NCBI GenBank assembly: GCA_963826535.1 | Contig: CAWGXL010000002.1 | Location: 30,503-94,502 of the forward strand | Direction of reading: 5' to 3' | From: an uncultured bacterium | GTDB lineage: Bacteria > Patescibacteriota > Microgenomatia > Levybacterales > UBA12049 | DNA length: 64,000 bases | In this document: positions 48,565 through 57,868 of the stretch, in pieces | Numbering within the stretch: position 1 is the stretch's first letter | How the letters are laid out: each line of letters opens with the position of its first letter | Notes under the pieces: generated by a model | Told to the model about the DNA's origin: nothing | Database searches by the model: none | Seen by the model: only the letters and a program-made list of their open reading frames with translations | Made by a program: the position numbers and the translations under genes

Positions 48565-48588
48565 AAAAACATAATTCCATTGATAAGT

Positions 48589-49971
48589 ATGAGTAAACAA
48601 TTCCCGGCTAATTTTAAATTTGGCATTGCAGACGCCGACCTTCAAGTAATTGGAGAAGACAATACTAAAAAACTGGAAGGCTCTGAAGAAACAATGTGGT
48701 ATAATTTTGCCGAACATTCAGGAAAAGTACATCAAAACCAAACTCCTGGTGCAGGGATTGATAGATATCACCTTTGGAAAACTGACATAGAGATCATGAA
48801 AAAAATGGGCATAAAACATTACCGGACTTCTATCTCTATGTCCCGAACTCTTGATCAAAACGGGACAGAAAATACAAAAGCTATTCAGTGGTATGAAAAA
48901 TATTTTAAAGCTATAAAAAGCGCAGGTATATCTATATATCCTACCCTATACCACTGGGAACTCCCACAGTATCTTTTAGAGGAAGGCGGATGGGAGAACG
49001 AGAAATCCGGTGAATATCTTGTTAAGCATGCAAAAATTGTCGCAAAATATTTGGGAGAATATATTACAGAATATTTTATTTTAAATGAACCATGGTGTTC
49101 ATCAATTTTGAGTTACTTTCATGGTAAACATGCACCGGGAAAAACGAGCCTAAAAAGCGCGCTTCTTGCAGCCCACAACCTCCTTATAGCCCAGGGGAAA
49201 GTATATAAAACACTTAGTTCTATTTCTAAAGAAAGTATTATCTCTACTGTTTTAAATGTTCAACCCAGCTACGCAAGAAGTACAGATGCTAAAGATCTTC
49301 TTGCAGCACAGTACTCTGATGGCAGTTTTAATAGATGGTTCTTTGATCCTATTTATAAGGGAAAATATCCCGAAGATATGGTAGAGCTATATGGAAAGAG
49401 TATGCCTTCTATTTCAGATGCTGACATGAAGGTTATAAAAATCGGGGATAAACTTCACACCATGGGAGTTAACTTTTATAAAGGAAGTATTGTAAATTAT
49501 AGAGCCGAAAATGAATTGAAATTTAGCGAACTGAACCTGCGAAAGGGGGGAAGAATAAATGGTCTTGGATGGCCAATTTTTTATCCACCTCTATACCCGG
49601 AAGGATTATCTGATATTCTAGGACAGCTATATTATTCTTATAGAGATTATGGACTAAAAAGACTATATATTACAGAAAATGGTATGGCATGGAAGGATAA
49701 ATGGGATGGAAAAAGTAAAATAGTAGAGGATCCTGAACGGGTTTCATATTATAAAGAGCATTTAAAGCAAGTGTATAACTCAATTCTTCGCGGAATTCCT
49801 ATTAAGGGATATTTTGCATGGACATTAATGGATAATTATGAATGGGCGGAAGGCTATTGTCAGGAATCCAGATTTGGTCTTATATACATAGATAGAAACA
49901 CGATGCAACGATTATGGAAAAAAAGCGCATATTGGTATAGAGGTCTTATTAAGAGTAATAACTTAAACTAA
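48589..49971 (+). CDS. GH1 beta-glucosidase
   Basis: FP.NFKFG, YRTSIS, TLYHWELP, LNEP acid/base, ITENG nucleophile, WTLMDNYEWAEG. ATG 48589 chosen as start. Confidence 0.95.
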   Translation: MSKQFPANFKFGIADADLQVIGEDNTKKLEGSEETMWYNFAEHSGKVHQNQTPGAGIDRYHLWKTDIEIMKKMGIKHYRTSISMSRTLDQNGTENTKAIQWYEKYFKAIKSAGISIYPTLYHWELPQYLLEEGGWENEKSGEYLVKHAKIVAKYLGEYITEYFILNEPWCSSILSYFHGKHAPGKTSLKSALLAAHNLLIAQGKVYKTLSSISKESIISTVLNVQPSYARSTDAKDLLAAQYSDGSFNRWFFDPIYKGKYPEDMVELYGKSMPSISDADMKVIKIGDKLHTMGVNFYKGSIVNYRAENELKFSELNLRKGGRINGLGWPIFYPPLYPEGLSDILGQLYYSYRDYGLKRLYITENGMAWKDKWDGKSKIVEDPERVSYYKEHLKQVYNSILRGIPIKGYFAWTLMDNYEWAEGYCQESRFGLIYIDRNTMQRLWKKSAYWYRGLIKSNNLN

Positions 49972-50108
49972 CATATTCACTAATTATGAAAATAACTATC
50001 TATTGGAAGAAAATATACTACATTATCAAGATGATCAACGGTCGATAAACATTGCGCATATATATTTGACAACCTCAATTTTTATGATATAATCTAGACC
50101 TATAATAT

Positions 50109-50699
50109 ATGAAAATAGAAATTGAATCAGGAAGATTACCTATAGACACAGAGCCTATAAAAAAGCCTTTACCTGTTGAGACTTTGAGGCTTATCGAGCA
50201 TGTGAAAAAATCTGGAGGATACGCAGTCTATGAAATTCCACTTGAATCACCGAATTCTTTACAGGATCAAGAAAGGTCAATTTTGGCATTCAGACCTGAC
50301 CCTCTAAATATTTTCCTAAGAGGAAGTCAGGGGCTCCCATACGAGCAGCAACTTGAACGCCTCGAAGCAGAAAAAGCAGCAGTTGAGTTAAGATATCGTG
50401 ACAGCGGTATTATAGTCCGGGTTGGGAAACCTACAGAATGGAAAAGAGTAGCTAGTGAGCATTTTAAAGCAACGGAAGGAAGAGCTAGGATTTTCGGAGA
50501 TCAATATGGAGACACCTGTACCTGGGCAGATGCAAATATTGATATTGCAGCAAGTCATAGATCATCTCCTGGAGGTAGCCGCCGTGCTATTGTCGGTCCT
50601 TGGGAAGAGAATAGTGGGCTCAAGGTCTATTTTGGTATTCCTAATTCCACAGATTCGAGATTAGGATTGGCTCCAATTCTAGAAATTCCTCACAAATAG
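50109..50699 (+). CDS. hypothetical protein with C-type-lectin-like (DGR-target-like) C-terminus
   Basis: LAFRPDPLNIFLRGS...EQQL...EHFKATEG...IFG..Y...AIVGPW....GLKVY.......RLGLAPILEI; related to 2448..3071. Confidence 0.6.
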   Translation: MKIEIESGRLPIDTEPIKKPLPVETLRLIEHVKKSGGYAVYEIPLESPNSLQDQERSILAFRPDPLNIFLRGSQGLPYEQQLERLEAEKAAVELRYRDSGIIVRVGKPTEWKRVASEHFKATEGRARIFGDQYGDTCTWADANIDIAASHRSSPGGSRRAIVGPWEENSGLKVYFGIPNSTDSRLGLAPILEIPHK

Positions 50700-50959
50700 G
50701 TTTATATCAAATTTTGACTTATTGAAAAAATAGAAAATTATTTGGATTCACATTGGCTTCTTGGCTAGAATCACTTCTGTGTTACTGTTGAATTTTACTG
50801 AAAAAAACAAAAACTGTATCAATCTTTTAAGAAAGCTACAATGTTATCTAGTACTTTTCTTGACCAAAAAAACTGATCAAGATTTTGATTTATCACATTT
50901 TACTCCTCTCGCCTATGAGGGCTGTATATTCTCAGTATTGATGTTATAATTTAATCCTC

Positions 50960-52135
50960 ATGCGGATTAAATTTATTTTTGTTTTTCTTGTTGTTATTCT
51001 GGCTTTAGTTTGTGTCGCTGTTAAACCCGCCCATGCTGTCGAAAATCCGTTTGCCTCTTTTAACAATAAATTCGGCATACATATCCTTTTTCCTGAAGAA
51101 CTATACAACGCGGCGCAGCTGGTAAATAGTTCGGGCGGGGATTGGGGATATGTGACTATTCCGATTCAATCAGGAGATAAAGATATCGTAAAATGGCAGC
51201 AATTTATGAATAGGGCAAAAAAATTGCACATTATTCCAATTATCCGTCTGGCAACAGAAGGAGATTACTTCGATACAAAGGTTTGGAGGAAGCCAAATGA
51301 ATCTGACATTATTGATTTTGCCAACTTTCTTAGCTCAATAGAGTGGCCTGTTAAAAATAGGTACATAATTGTTTTTAATGAGGTTAATCGTGGTGATGAA
51401 TGGGGTGGGAGTACAAACTCCAGTGAGTACGCAAATCTTCTTGGCTATGCCGTAACACTATTTAAATCGAAAAACCAGGATTTTTTTATTATAAGCGCCG
51501 GACTTGATAACGCCGCTCCGGATTTACCTCCTCAATATAAGAATCAATATGATTATTTGAGAGAGATGAATGATGCGGTGCCCGGAATTTTCAATCAAAT
51601 AGATGGTTTATCCAGTCATTCCTATCCTAATCCCGCTTTTTCTCAACCACCAACAGGTTTGAGTAGAATGGGAATTAGAAGTTTTGACTATGAAAGAAAG
51701 TTGGTTAGAAGTATGAACACAAAAGATTTGCCTGTATTTATTACCGAAACAGGCTGGTCCACAAACGAAATATCAGATCTGGCTGCAGCTAATTATTATC
51801 AACATGCATTTAACAATGCTTGGTCTGATAACGGTATTGTGGCAGTTACGCCATTCTTACTTCGTGCAAACGGTTCATTTAATGAATTTTCGTTTATCGC
51901 TGATAATGGCGCCCCATCGGTACAATATCAAATGATAAAATCATTACCAAAAACGAGAGGGTTGCCAATTCTCACACGAAAACCCCCAATGCTTTTGCAA
52001 CTGCAAAAAAAAGTGTTGGGCGTAAGTGACACAACAACTAATTACCGGGATTTTTCAAAAAGTGAAGAGCAGCCAAAAAAGTTTTCACTAACAAACTTGA
52101 GCATGAACGCTTTACGCTGGCTGATTGGTAGTTAG
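50960..52135 (+). CDS. secreted clan GH-A glycoside hydrolase
   Basis: Signal peptide ending AHA|V, FNEVN acid/base, SHSYP, ITETGW nucleophile. Confidence 0.85.
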   Translation: MRIKFIFVFLVVILALVCVAVKPAHAVENPFASFNNKFGIHILFPEELYNAAQLVNSSGGDWGYVTIPIQSGDKDIVKWQQFMNRAKKLHIIPIIRLATEGDYFDTKVWRKPNESDIIDFANFLSSIEWPVKNRYIIVFNEVNRGDEWGGSTNSSEYANLLGYAVTLFKSKNQDFFIISAGLDNAAPDLPPQYKNQYDYLREMNDAVPGIFNQIDGLSSHSYPNPAFSQPPTGLSRMGIRSFDYERKLVRSMNTKDLPVFITETGWSTNEISDLAAANYYQHAFNNAWSDNGIVAVTPFLLRANGSFNEFSFIADNGAPSVQYQMIKSLPKTRGLPILTRKPPMLLQLQKKVLGVSDTTTNYRDFSKSEEQPKKFSLTNLSMNALRWLIGS

Positions 52136-52159
52136 TTATTTATGTTACGCAAAACAATT

Positions 52160-52272
52160 TGTCATTCCCGCGAACGCGGGAATCCAGTAGGTAAAATAAG
52201 CCTGTTCCATTTATCATTTAATAAGGAAAAGTTATTTATATCTTCTGGATTCCCCTGTCCAGGGGAATGACA
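52160..52272. repeat. GTCATTCCC-type REP/MITE-like inverted element
   Basis: TGTCATTCCCGCGAACGCGGGAATCCAG ... CTGGATTCCCCTGTCCAGGGGAATGACA; each arm is itself a hairpin. Confidence 0.85.
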
Positions 52273-52306
52273 GCAGTGTGTGTAATTTGGGTTAGGAATT
52301 TTATTT

Positions 52307-52711
52307 ATGGAATGGGATACAGCGGAAGATGTACAAAAAGACATAGAAAGAGTTTTAGCAGTACTTGATCTGCCTTATATTAAAAGTAACAGGATATTTT
52401 GTTATCGCACAAAAGGCTCGAAAGTACGCGCATATGCACGGACTTGGGCAATGCCCAAAATTTTCCAAAGGGCGTTAACCTTACAACCGGCATACGTCAT
52501 CGAAGTGCTTTCAAAGCATTATGATAATTTAGACGCAGACAACAGGACTAAGGTGCTTATTCATGAACTATTACATATACCCAGGAATTTTTCCGGAGCC
52601 TTACTTCCTCATAGGACAAGAAGTAGAAATTTGCACTCGGTTGCGAATCAGCTATTTAAGGAATACAAACTTAAAATAAATCTCAAATTCAAAGCACCAA
52701 ATTCCAAATAA
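52307..52711 (+). CDS. putative zinc metallopeptidase
   Basis: AYARTW, YVIEV, KVLIHELLHIP..FSG.L.PH. Confidence 0.8.
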   Translation: MEWDTAEDVQKDIERVLAVLDLPYIKSNRIFCYRTKGSKVRAYARTWAMPKIFQRALTLQPAYVIEVLSKHYDNLDADNRTKVLIHELLHIPRNFSGALLPHRTRSRNLHSVANQLFKEYKLKINLKFKAPNSK

Positions 52712-52805
52712 ATTCAAATATCAAAATTCTAAATATAAATAGTTTTGAATTTAATTATTTGGATTTTGATATTATTTAGGATTTGTAATTTTGGATTTGT
52801 AATTT
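52685..52805. repeat. inverted pair of heptamer-periodic elements
   Basis: AAATTCAAAGCACCAAATTCCAAATAAATTCAAATATCAAAATTCTAAA ... TTTGGATTTTGATATTATTTAGGATTTGTAATTTTGGATTTGTAATTT; the left arm overlaps the peptidase C-terminus. Confidence 0.7.
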
Positions 52806-53498
52806 ATGCTTACTATAGTTCATGGCTCAGACATTGTTGCATCAAGGAAATTTTTTCTTGCGGAGAAAGAACGATTTGTTGATGCTATCTTACTGAGGGA
52901 AGATGAAATTAATCTAACCCATTTGTCGCAATTGCTTGAAACAGGAGGATTGTTTGAGAAATTACAGACATTATTAATCGAACAATTTTTGACTGAAAGA
53001 AAAAAGAGTACTGAAAAAGAAGCTATTCTTTCCTATCTCGTAAAACAGGCTAAAACGCATACTATCATATTTTGGGAAGGAAAAGAATTAGCTAAAACTA
53101 CTTTTACTCCATTTAAAAATGCTAATATAAAGTCTTTTAAACTTTCATCAAGCCTTTTTGTTTTTCTGGATGCAATAAAACCGAAAAACGGCAGGCAGCT
53201 TGTGCAATTATTTCATAAATCTTTGGAAACAACAGAGCCGGAATTAGTTTTCTTTATGCTAATTAGGCAATTACGTATTCTTCTCTGTATGTCAGAAAAC
53301 CGGGGAGAAACAATATCTGAAGTGGTGCGTCTTGCATCATGGCAAAAAGGCAAAATTGAAAAACAAGCCAAATTATTTGAAAAAGATACTTTGAAAAAAT
53401 ACTACTCCCAACTTTTTGAAATAGAACGAGCACAAAAAACAGGAACGCTGTCTTCACCGCTTATTTCAGCTGTTGACTTTTTTTTGGTAGAGATTTAA
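52806..53498 (+). CDS. holA: DNA polymerase III delta subunit (short CPR-type)
   Basis: IVHG, GLF, IIFWEGKEL, LFVFLDAI, FFMLIRQLR, W...K...QA..F, EI....KTG. Confidence 0.75.
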   Translation: MLTIVHGSDIVASRKFFLAEKERFVDAILLREDEINLTHLSQLLETGGLFEKLQTLLIEQFLTERKKSTEKEAILSYLVKQAKTHTIIFWEGKELAKTTFTPFKNANIKSFKLSSSLFVFLDAIKPKNGRQLVQLFHKSLETTEPELVFFMLIRQLRILLCMSENRGETISEVVRLASWQKGKIEKQAKLFEKDTLKKYYSQLFEIERAQKTGTLSSPLISAVDFFLVEI

Positions 53499-53538
53499 GG
53501 TATAATTAAAAATACAACAGAAGTATCTTATCTAAAAA

Positions 53539-53605
53539 ATGTAGTGGAGCGATTTATCGCTCAAAAATAAGTTAATTTAGAGAATGATAAATCATTCCAC
53601 AACAT
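53539..53605. repeat. GTAG-type REP doublet
   Basis: ATGTAGTGGAGCGATTTATCGCTC and an inverted copy ATGTTGTGGAATGATTTATCATTC. Confidence 0.75.
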
Positions 53606-53622
53606 AATTTAAAAATTCTGAA

Positions 53623-55038
53623 ATGATTAATCCAAAAATTTTTAAAGCTTACGATATTCGTGGCATTTATCCTACCGAACTTGATGAGAAAGCCGCGTAT
53701 ACTATAGCAAAAGCATTTTACACGTTTTTTTCCAAACGACTTGCAAAAAAGAACTTAACAATTGTTGTAGGCGGAGACATGCGCTTATCGACCCCATCAC
53801 TTTTAGAAGCAGTTAATAAGGGGTTGACCGAGAGTGGGGCAGAAATAATTGATGTCGGTCTTGTGTCTACCCCGTCTGTTTATTTTGCAGTCCGGCATTA
53901 TGGCTACGATGCGGGAATCCAGGTTAGCGCTTCGCATAATCCTAAAGAGTATAACGGTCTGAAATCGGTTCTCAACACTCCTGAGGGACTGGTGAAAATT
54001 GGCCTTAATACAGGTATGGATGAAGTCAAGAAAATTGCTGATTCCGGCAATTTTGATCCGCCAGCTGGCGGAAAAGAAACTAACCTGTCCAGCGAAGCGA
54101 AAGCGAAGCGGGGTAAAATCACCAAAAAAGAAGTTCTTGAAGATGATGTCGCGAATGCTTTTGAAGTCATCAAACCTGGGCAAATTAAACCGCTTACAGT
54201 AGTTGCGGACGCGGCAAATGCAATGGGAGCAACTTATCTTGACGCATTGTTCGCAAAATTACCATGTAAACTTATCCGCATGAATTTCGAACTTGACGGC
54301 ACATTTCCCGCGCACCAGGCAGACCCGCTGCAATTTGATACGCTCAAGGATTTGCAAAAACGCGTAATTGACGAAAAAGCTGATCTCGGTATTGCCCCTG
54401 ACGGCGATGGAGACAGGGTATTTTTCATTGATAATAAAGGCGAGATCATACCGGCATCAATTTCTACCGCTATTATTATTCGTGAGATACTCAAAAAGTA
54501 CCCGGGAGTTAAAGTGGGTTTTGATACCAGGTATATTTGGTCGCCCCTTAAAGCTGCAAAGGATTATGGTGGAGTGCCTGTTATTACAAGGGTTGGCCAT
54601 GCTTTAATTACTGAAATCATGCATAAAGAGAATCTATTTTATGCAGGTGAGTCTTCCGGGCATAATTATTGGCGTTTCGCCGGAGGTGCCGAATCTTCAA
54701 TTGCAGTCGTACTTACAATTTTGGACACCCTTTCAAGGGAGAATAAAACTATTTCTGAAATAGTTAGCGAAGTTAGGGCGAGCTATGAATCAGGGGAAAT
54801 AAATTTTGAACTGGGTACTGCTGATAAGGCGAAAAAAAAGATTGAGTTATTTAAAGAGAAGTTCAAGGATGGAAATATTTCCTTGATTGACGGGTTATCG
54901 GTTAATTATGATGATTGGCGGTTTAATTTACGCGCGTCAAATACTGAGCCGCTCTTGCGTTTGAATGTAGAATCAAAAACAAAAGAACTGACAGAGGAGA
55001 AAAAATCAGAGCTTAGCAAACTTATTTTAACTGATTAA
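53623..55038 (+). CDS. phosphomannomutase/phosphoglucomutase
   Basis: IFKAYDIRG, SASHNP, DGDGDR, GESSGH, RASNTEP. Confidence 0.97.
   Translation: MINPKIFKAYDIRGIYPTELDEKAAYTIAKAFYTFFSKRLAKKNLTIVVGGDMRLSTPSLLEAVNKGLTESGAEIIDVGLVSTPSVYFAVRHYGYDAGIQVSASHNPKEYNGLKSVLNTPEGLVKIGLNTGMDEVKKIADSGNFDPPAGGKETNLSSEAKAKRGKITKKEVLEDDVANAFEVIKPGQIKPLTVVADAANAMGATYLDALFAKLPCKLIRMNFELDGTFPAHQADPLQFDTLKDLQKRVIDEKADLGIAPDGDGDRVFFIDNKGEIIPASISTAIIIREILKKYPGVKVGFDTRYIWSPLKAAKDYGGVPVITRVGHALITEIMHKENLFYAGESSGHNYWRFAGGAESSIAVVLTILDTLSRENKTISEIVSEVRASYESGEINFELGTADKAKKKIELFKEKFKDGNISLIDGLSVNYDDWRFNLRASNTEPLLRLNVESKTKELTEEKKSELSKLILTD
54057..54113 (+). repeat. two adjacent short elements in frame in the PMM gene
   Basis: Perfect palindrome TCCGCCAGCTGGCGGA (54057-72, PPAGG) and CCTGTCCAGCGAAGCGAAAGCGAAGCGGGG (54084-113, LSSEAKAKRG). 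Confidence 0.75.
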
Positions 55039-55042
55039 AACA

Positions 55043-55483
55043 ATGATAGACTTTAGCCAAATTGATAAAAACACTTTTACTAATGACCCTTTTGTAAAAA
55101 AAGTAACCAAACCCTGGGGATATGAAATTATTTTTACAACTCCTGATTTGCCTTATACCGGGAAAATAATTCATGTAAATGCAGGAAAACGATTGAGTCT
55201 GCAAGTGCATGACAAAAAACAAGAAAGCTGGCAAATTTTACACGGCCGGGGAAAAGTTATCTGGGAAAATAGTTCCGGTGAACTTATAGAAACTGAACTT
55301 GAGGTAGGTCAAGGATATACCTGCAAAATCGGACAGAGGCATAGACTTGCCGGGATTACCGACTGTGACATTCTTGAAGTTTCGACTCCGGAACTTGGGA
55401 CCACTTATCGCCTTGAAGATGATTATAAAAGACCGGATGAGACAGAAGATATGCGTCAGGAAGAAAGAAAAAAGCTTGAATAA
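55043..55483 (+). CDS. cupin protein (type II mannose-6-phosphate isomerase C-terminal-like)
   Basis: KPWG, RLSLQVHDKKQESW, HRL, EVSTP, RLEDDY.R. Confidence 0.88.
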   Translation: MIDFSQIDKNTFTNDPFVKKVTKPWGYEIIFTTPDLPYTGKIIHVNAGKRLSLQVHDKKQESWQILHGRGKVIWENSSGELIETELEVGQGYTCKIGQRHRLAGITDCDILEVSTPELGTTYRLEDDYKRPDETEDMRQEERKKLE

Positions 55484-55486
55484 TTT

Positions 55487-56536
55487 ATGCTGGATTTAAA
55501 TAACATTGAAGAATTGAAAAAAATTGATCCGCAAAACACTTTGGGATCTACAGAACTGTTACCCAAGCAGTGCGAGACAGTTTGGGAGCAGGTCAATAAA
55601 ATTGATGTGCCTAAAAGTTATCGTGAGATAAACAAAATTGTTTTCTGTGGTATGGGGGCATCTATCTATGGAGCATTGGTATTCAAGGCACTGGAGGGTC
55701 GGGGAATGCCCTTCCCTACTGAAGTGGTGTCTGATTATTATTTACCCGAATATGTAGACAGCAATACCTTGGTTGTATTAACCAGCTATTCAGGAACAAC
55801 TGAAGAAGTCCTTTCCTGTGCTCAGGACGCGAAGGCTAAGAAAGCAAAAATGTTGGTACTTACCAAAGGAGGCCCGCTTGCGCAGTTCGCAAGCGATAAT
55901 TCAATACCTGCATATATTTTTGATGGTAAATTAAACCCGGCAGGAGTGCCCCGTCTCGGCAATGGGTACTCTATTCTGGGAATGATCGGTCTTTTAAATA
56001 AGATCGGCATTTTTGAGTTGGGTGAGCATGAAATAACCAACGCTATTACACGTTTGAAGGAAAAGTTCGAGGACATAAAATCTCAAGCACAACAAGATTA
56101 TCAACTATTCATTAATAAGATTCCGATTGTCTTTGCTGCTGAGCATCTCTCGGGTAATGGACAAATATTGCGTAATCAATTCAACGAAACAAGTAAAACC
56201 TTTTCCGCATTCTACCTTATCCCCGACCTTAACCATCATCTTATGGAAGGACTACAATACCCCCAAGGTGCCCCGCTCTATTTCCTTATAATGAATACAC
56301 CCAACTTCTCTGAGAAAATTGAAAAACGGATCGAGTTGACTGTTGATGTTATCAAACAGAATAAGCTTGATGTTTATGAATTTAAAACCAGCGGACAAAC
56401 AATTTATGATGATTTCCTTGAGACGCTACAATATGGGAGTTTCCTCACCTTATACCTCGCGCTTGAATACAAACAAAATCCCGCTATAAATCCCTGGGTG
56501 GATTATTTCAAAAAGAAACTGGCAGAGGACAAATAA
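55487..56536 (+). CDS. bifunctional phosphoglucose/phosphomannose isomerase (SIS)
   Basis: GMGAS, SYSGTTEE, GGPL, PR, QFNETSK, LNHH. Confidence 0.9.
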   Translation: MLDLNNIEELKKIDPQNTLGSTELLPKQCETVWEQVNKIDVPKSYREINKIVFCGMGASIYGALVFKALEGRGMPFPTEVVSDYYLPEYVDSNTLVVLTSYSGTTEEVLSCAQDAKAKKAKMLVLTKGGPLAQFASDNSIPAYIFDGKLNPAGVPRLGNGYSILGMIGLLNKIGIFELGEHEITNAITRLKEKFEDIKSQAQQDYQLFINKIPIVFAAEHLSGNGQILRNQFNETSKTFSAFYLIPDLNHHLMEGLQYPQGAPLYFLIMNTPNFSEKIEKRIELTVDVIKQNKLDVYEFKTSGQTIYDDFLETLQYGSFLTLYLALEYKQNPAINPWVDYFKKKLAEDK

Positions 56537-56554
56537 GCTGCTAATTTTTTAAAT

Positions 56555-57040
56555 TTATCTCGTGACAGAAATCTTATTTGTTAATGGAGATTGAGTATTT
56601 GGAGCAGCTACCATAATCCTTCCATCAGCAGAACTTACAGACACTGTGTACCCCGAATCATATCCCGCACCGCAATTTATATTCACTCCGCCATTCTCTG
56701 AAGTAGGATCTGATGGTAATCCTACTAGATATTTTGTTACCAATGAAGCACAAATATTCGCCCCTGACTCCGAAATGTTTTCAGCATCCGAACCCGGTTT
56801 TGGCATATCGGGAGGATATAACGCTTGATTGTCCGCTGCATATTGATGAATGGCATTTAAGATTTTAATTACGTCAGAATTCCTCTTGGCATTATTAGCC
56901 TCAGCAAATTGTTTGGCTGGATTTATTGCGGTAATTAATATTGCCAATAGAATAGATAGAATACCGATGAAAACTAGAAGTTTAATAAGCACAGATGCTT
57001 TTTTAAATTTTTTTAGTTTAAACAAGCGCGATCTTTTCAT
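56555..57040 (-). CDS. type IV pilin paralog with degenerate prepilin cleavage motif
   Basis: KASVLIKLLVFIGILSILL...INPAKQFAEANN.KR...ILNA; collinear with 57186..57659. Start set at ATG 57040. Confidence 0.8.
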   Translation of the reverse strand: MKRSRLFKLKKFKKASVLIKLLVFIGILSILLAILITAINPAKQFAEANNAKRNSDVIKILNAIHQYAADNQALYPPDMPKPGSDAENISESGANICASLVTKYLVGLPSDPTSENGGVNINCGAGYDSGYTVSVSSADGRIMVAAPNTQSPLTNKISVTR

Positions 57041-57140
57041 CAAAATTTTAAAAATTATATATCCAATAATAATAGTTTCATAATACTGTGGCCTTGTCAA
57101 TGCAATAATAGGGTACTAACACCAAAGCTTAAGTAAACAC

Positions 57141-57165
57141 AAAAAAAACCACCCTAAAGTGGCTT
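57141..57165 (-). terminator. intrinsic terminator after the pilin gene
   Basis: Minus strand AGCCAC-TTTAGG-GTGGTT followed by a long T run. Confidence 0.75.
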
Positions 57166-57185
57166 CTTATTTTGTCTTTATTATA

Positions 57186-57659
57186 TTATCTAGTAACAGT
57201 TATATCTGTATCAACATTTGGATTTACTTCACTATCTGCAGTTACTGTTACTCTTCCAAGATTTCTGGTTATAGTATAACCGCTATTATATGTTGTGCAG
57301 CTTGTTATATCTGCCCCATTATTATTTCTTGGATCCTGCGGTAATGCCGGCATATAATTTGGTACTAAATCAGCACATATATTAATTCCTGTATTACTTA
57401 CCTCTCCTGAAGAACTAGCTGTTAACGCTGCCGGATAATTCCCTCTATTATCTGCCATATATGCCCCAACTGCATTTAAGATTTGCGTTGCAGCGCTTTT
57501 TCTCTTTGTATCATTTGCCTGGGCAAACTGTCTTGCGGGATTGATGGCGATAAGTGTAATTGCCAAGAGTACTGCGAGGATTCCGATAACGACTAATAAT
57601 TCAATTAATGTGAAACCTTCCTGAAACTTAGTTAATTTGCGAGCAGATGTATTTTTCAT
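57186..57659 (-). CDS. type IV pilin (probable major pilin)
   Basis: EG|FTLIELLVVIGILAVLLAI..IAINPARQF; Cys pair; has its own terminator. Confidence 0.93.
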   Translation of the reverse strand: MKNTSARKLTKFQEGFTLIELLVVIGILAVLLAITLIAINPARQFAQANDTKRKSAATQILNAVGAYMADNRGNYPAALTASSSGEVSNTGINICADLVPNYMPALPQDPRNNNGADITSCTTYNSGYTITRNLGRVTVTADSEVNPNVDTDITVTR

Positions 57660-57868
57660 TAAATTTATTTAAGATTTATTTATCTTTATCAATAATTACA
57701 TAACGGATGAGCGCTTGTCAACTAGGAACAAATATATCAAAATAGACCAGTTTTGGTTATTTTAATGATTTTATGGTTGAGCCATTTTAATAATTAAAAT
57801 GAAAATATGTTTTGTTCGTATTTTCTTTCTATTGACATTTCATTTAAATTTCATCTATAACTATATAT

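Noticed and set aside
50761-50949. 62-aa ORF
   Set aside because: TTG start, no motif, AT-rich, and it overlaps the -10 box of the downstream glycoside hydrolase.
52162-52344. 60-aa minus-strand ORF (CHSPGQGNP...GFPRSRE)
   Set aside because: Translation of the GTCATTCCC repeat; it also overlaps the peptidase start.
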